Part shown: positions 61,763 to 64,000 of the stretch, in pieces | Position numbering within the stretch: the stretch's first letter is position 1 | Layout of the letters: each line of letters starts with the position of its first letter | Origin: Anthoceros angustus | Lineage: Eukaryota; Plantae; Anthocerotophyta | Assembly: GCA_010909165.1 (NCBI GenBank) | Contig: VJWM01000068.1 | Location: forward strand, 1-64,000 | DNA length: 64,000 nt | Reading direction: 5' to 3' | Notes under the pieces: model-generated | What the model saw: the letters and a program-made list of their open reading frames with translations, nothing else | The model's database searches: none | What the model was told of the DNA's origin: nothing | Made by a program: the position numbers and the translations under genes

Positions 61763-62947
61763 CTTGATGATTCCCACAGGTGGGCATTGCGGTAGTGACC
61801 TTCATAAGGCAGAGTCTTTGAACTCGGGAGGGCTCCTTGACAATCAGCCGATCTCCATGGAAGAAAGCAGTCTTCCCAGCGGCGCGAGCCTCCCTGAAAG
61901 CCGGCATCAAAGCTTGCTTGGTCTTCACCTGTAGCTTGGTTAAATCATCTCCTATATAAATATCCTGGCCTCGGAGATTAGTACGGGCGCGCAAGACTTG
62001 GAGCCTATCCTGGAGAGAATGGAAACGGATGAGAAAGACTGAAGGACGAGCAGGGTCCTTACCCACCAGCCAAGCATTCTGGAAAGATATGCCTGGTAAA
62101 TGGAGCTTCGTGGCTAAGAACTGGGATATGACTTCCTGCGGTGTTCCCGAATTCAACAAGCCTTTCACTTGAAGATTGAGGGAGCGCCTGATCTGTTCTT
62201 GAGATTTAAGAATTGCCGCATCAACGGCTTCTGAAGGCAAGGATGGCACGGCTTGAGGAGGAGGAACCAACAAGACCGCCTAACTTCTCCACTTGATTTG
62301 CTGGTGTTTCTTTGCTGGTCGACGCCGAGTTTTGAAATGGACATACTGCCAGACATAGCCTGCACTTCTCCTTGGACGAATTTCTTGAGCTTCAAACATT
62401 TAACTTCCATGGAAGCGGAAGCTTGCTGCATAATATCTTGTTTGAAGGCTGCCACGTCCTCGTTGAGCAGACAATGTGCAGAAAACTCCTGCCTGAATGT
62501 GTCCAACTACTGCTGGTGATGTTGGAAGACGTTTGTTTTTAATTGAGGAACCGCCGTCTTCGGAAGGTAAGAAGGCAATTGCTTATTGAGGGAAGCAATT
62601 TGGTGTTGATGCCAGACAAGATCCGCACATATGACTGGAAATTCACGCTCCAATTTCCTTCGAAGTGCAACAATCTCGAGTTGTTGGGCTTGAATCTTGT
62701 CTTCAAAATGTTGCTTGGAAATTCGGAACTCCGCTTTAAGTTCATGCAGCTCAGCTTGGGAAGCCTGAAAGTCTGATCGCAACTTCTTGATATCAACTTG
62801 GAAGGATTTGAATAGCCTCTCGATTTTATTCTTGCCTCTTGTTCCCTTGGAGGATGTAGGAGCCTGCGATTCTGTAAAGTCTGTGGAGTCCAAAACGGCT
62901 TCTCCTCCAATAGATGGTCCACGTCCAAGCATGATCTCCGAAGCCAT
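61743..62947 (-). CDS. LINE ORF1 (coiled coil plus RRM/CTD-like), with one stop and one frameshift
   Basis: Heptad-rich N-terminus, then RRSLNLQVKGL...RPSVFLIRF...VLRARTNLRGQDIYIGDDLT...AREAGKTAFFHGDRLIV (approximately). Confidence 0.8.
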
Positions 62948-63480
62948 AAGAAAGTAGGTGCTGCGCCTGTGCGCTCAAAGGCGGGGCCAGCTATGTATGC
63001 AATGGCCACTTTGGAGCAAGAGCGAAAGGTGGTAAGAGAACCAAGCCCGAGCCAAGCACCTCCTTCTCGGCCTTGAGTCCCAGGCGTCCGGCCTCCCTCG
63101 CCGCTCAACCTCCGGACTCGGTAGGAGGCCCATGGCGCCCGAGACCTCGGTCCGCACCGCCCACCAGCAGCTGCTACTACCACCACGGCCTCCCGTCGCC
63201 TGTGCCCGCAGACCGGTCAAGGCCGCCACCCTCGTGGCCTCGGGCCGGACCGCCACCACTGAGCCGCGGAGTCGGGCGCGGCTGAGCCACGGCGAGTCAA
63301 GCCTACCGCCACGGAGGCGATGCGAGATCTTAGGCAGCCTGCACGACCTCCGGCCTCGGCCGAATCGGATCCACCCCGACCGCACAGCCTCGTAGTCTAT
63401 AGGTGTGTGCCATCTTTGTGAGTGGGAGTTCGGGTTGGAGGCCACCAAGGTGTCAATATAAATGGATTTTTGAGCCATCT

Positions 63481-63545
63481 TTATAATTAAAATTTTATTC
63501 CTTTTTATAATTAAAATTTTATTCTTTTTTATAATTAAAATTATT
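63481..63545. repeat. 24-bp AT-rich tandem repeat, ~2.7 copies
   Basis: Unit ttataattaaaattttattccttt. Confidence 0.85.
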
Positions 63546-64000
63546 ATATGTGGTAGAAAATTAATTATTTTATATGGTGAGCATGTCACACCGCAGCGGT
63601 GATGCCATCGCTCTCAATTTTATGTTTCTGACTTCAAGCCTCTAGAGTCTGACCATGCCTTCCTATCTTGGCACATCTCGTGTCATAAGTCGCAAGCCAT
63701 TCTACAATACCACAAGTCTCCTAGAGTCTGCTTTTCCTTCGACCATCGTCTAGCTTCCCAATATTCCTCTCTTTTGAAAATATCCTTGGCTGCTATTCCT
63801 TCCTCTCTTCCCTTCCCCAAACACGCTTTCACTTCCGCCGTGCTTTCTTGTGCACATCAAATCTTCCTCCTAAACCTTGTCACCCGTCAAGCTTTCCAAC
63901 ACACTCCTCGTCATCCACTGGTTTGATGGCCAGTGCACATATCCATACTCACAACTACCTTGCTCTCAAGGTTCCATCCAAGTCTCATCATTCCCGGTTG

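Larger units (their letters stand above)
61013..63420 (-). mobile_element. Non-LTR retrotransposon (LINE; RTEX/CR1/L2-like), 3'-truncated, no RT
   Basis: GC-rich putative 5'UTR (~62950-63420), ORF1 and the ORF2 APE endonuclease. Coding similarity ends abruptly at 61013. Confidence 0.85.

Overview
Eukaryotic land-plant genomic DNA, not prokaryotic. Compact genes with short introns and the protein sequences suggest a lycophyte such as Selaginella (inference). Positions ~1-41.5 kb are a transposon graveyard: two nested Ty1/copia remnants, a decayed ORF with a ParB/sulfiredoxin-like motif, a gypsy-like gag apparently split by nested non-autonomous CACTA-like elements with (CCT)n tracts, a Ulp1-like protease remnant and a foldback element with a 39-bp tandem array. 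Positions ~42-57.5 kb are a dense gene island: TFIIIA and DPM2 (tandemly duplicated and only 211 nt apart), nucleoside hydrolase, a PPR-like remnant, a DUF688-like protein with many SGEL motifs, an unidentified gene and YJU2/CWC16. Positions 57.8-64 kb hold a CRE-like retrotransposon fragment, a PIF/Harbinger-type element with both TIRs and an AAT target-site duplication, and a 3'-truncated LINE. Caveat: conserved genes (YJU2, DPM2, TFIIIA, NSH) all carry single-base frameshifts, several in homopolymers, and three ~2-kb tandem duplications differ mostly by small indels. The assembly is therefore probably indel-error-prone, so pseudogene calls and duplications need read-level checks. All protein-family calls come from recognising motifs by eye, not from database searches. 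I found no rRNA, tRNA or CRISPR array.
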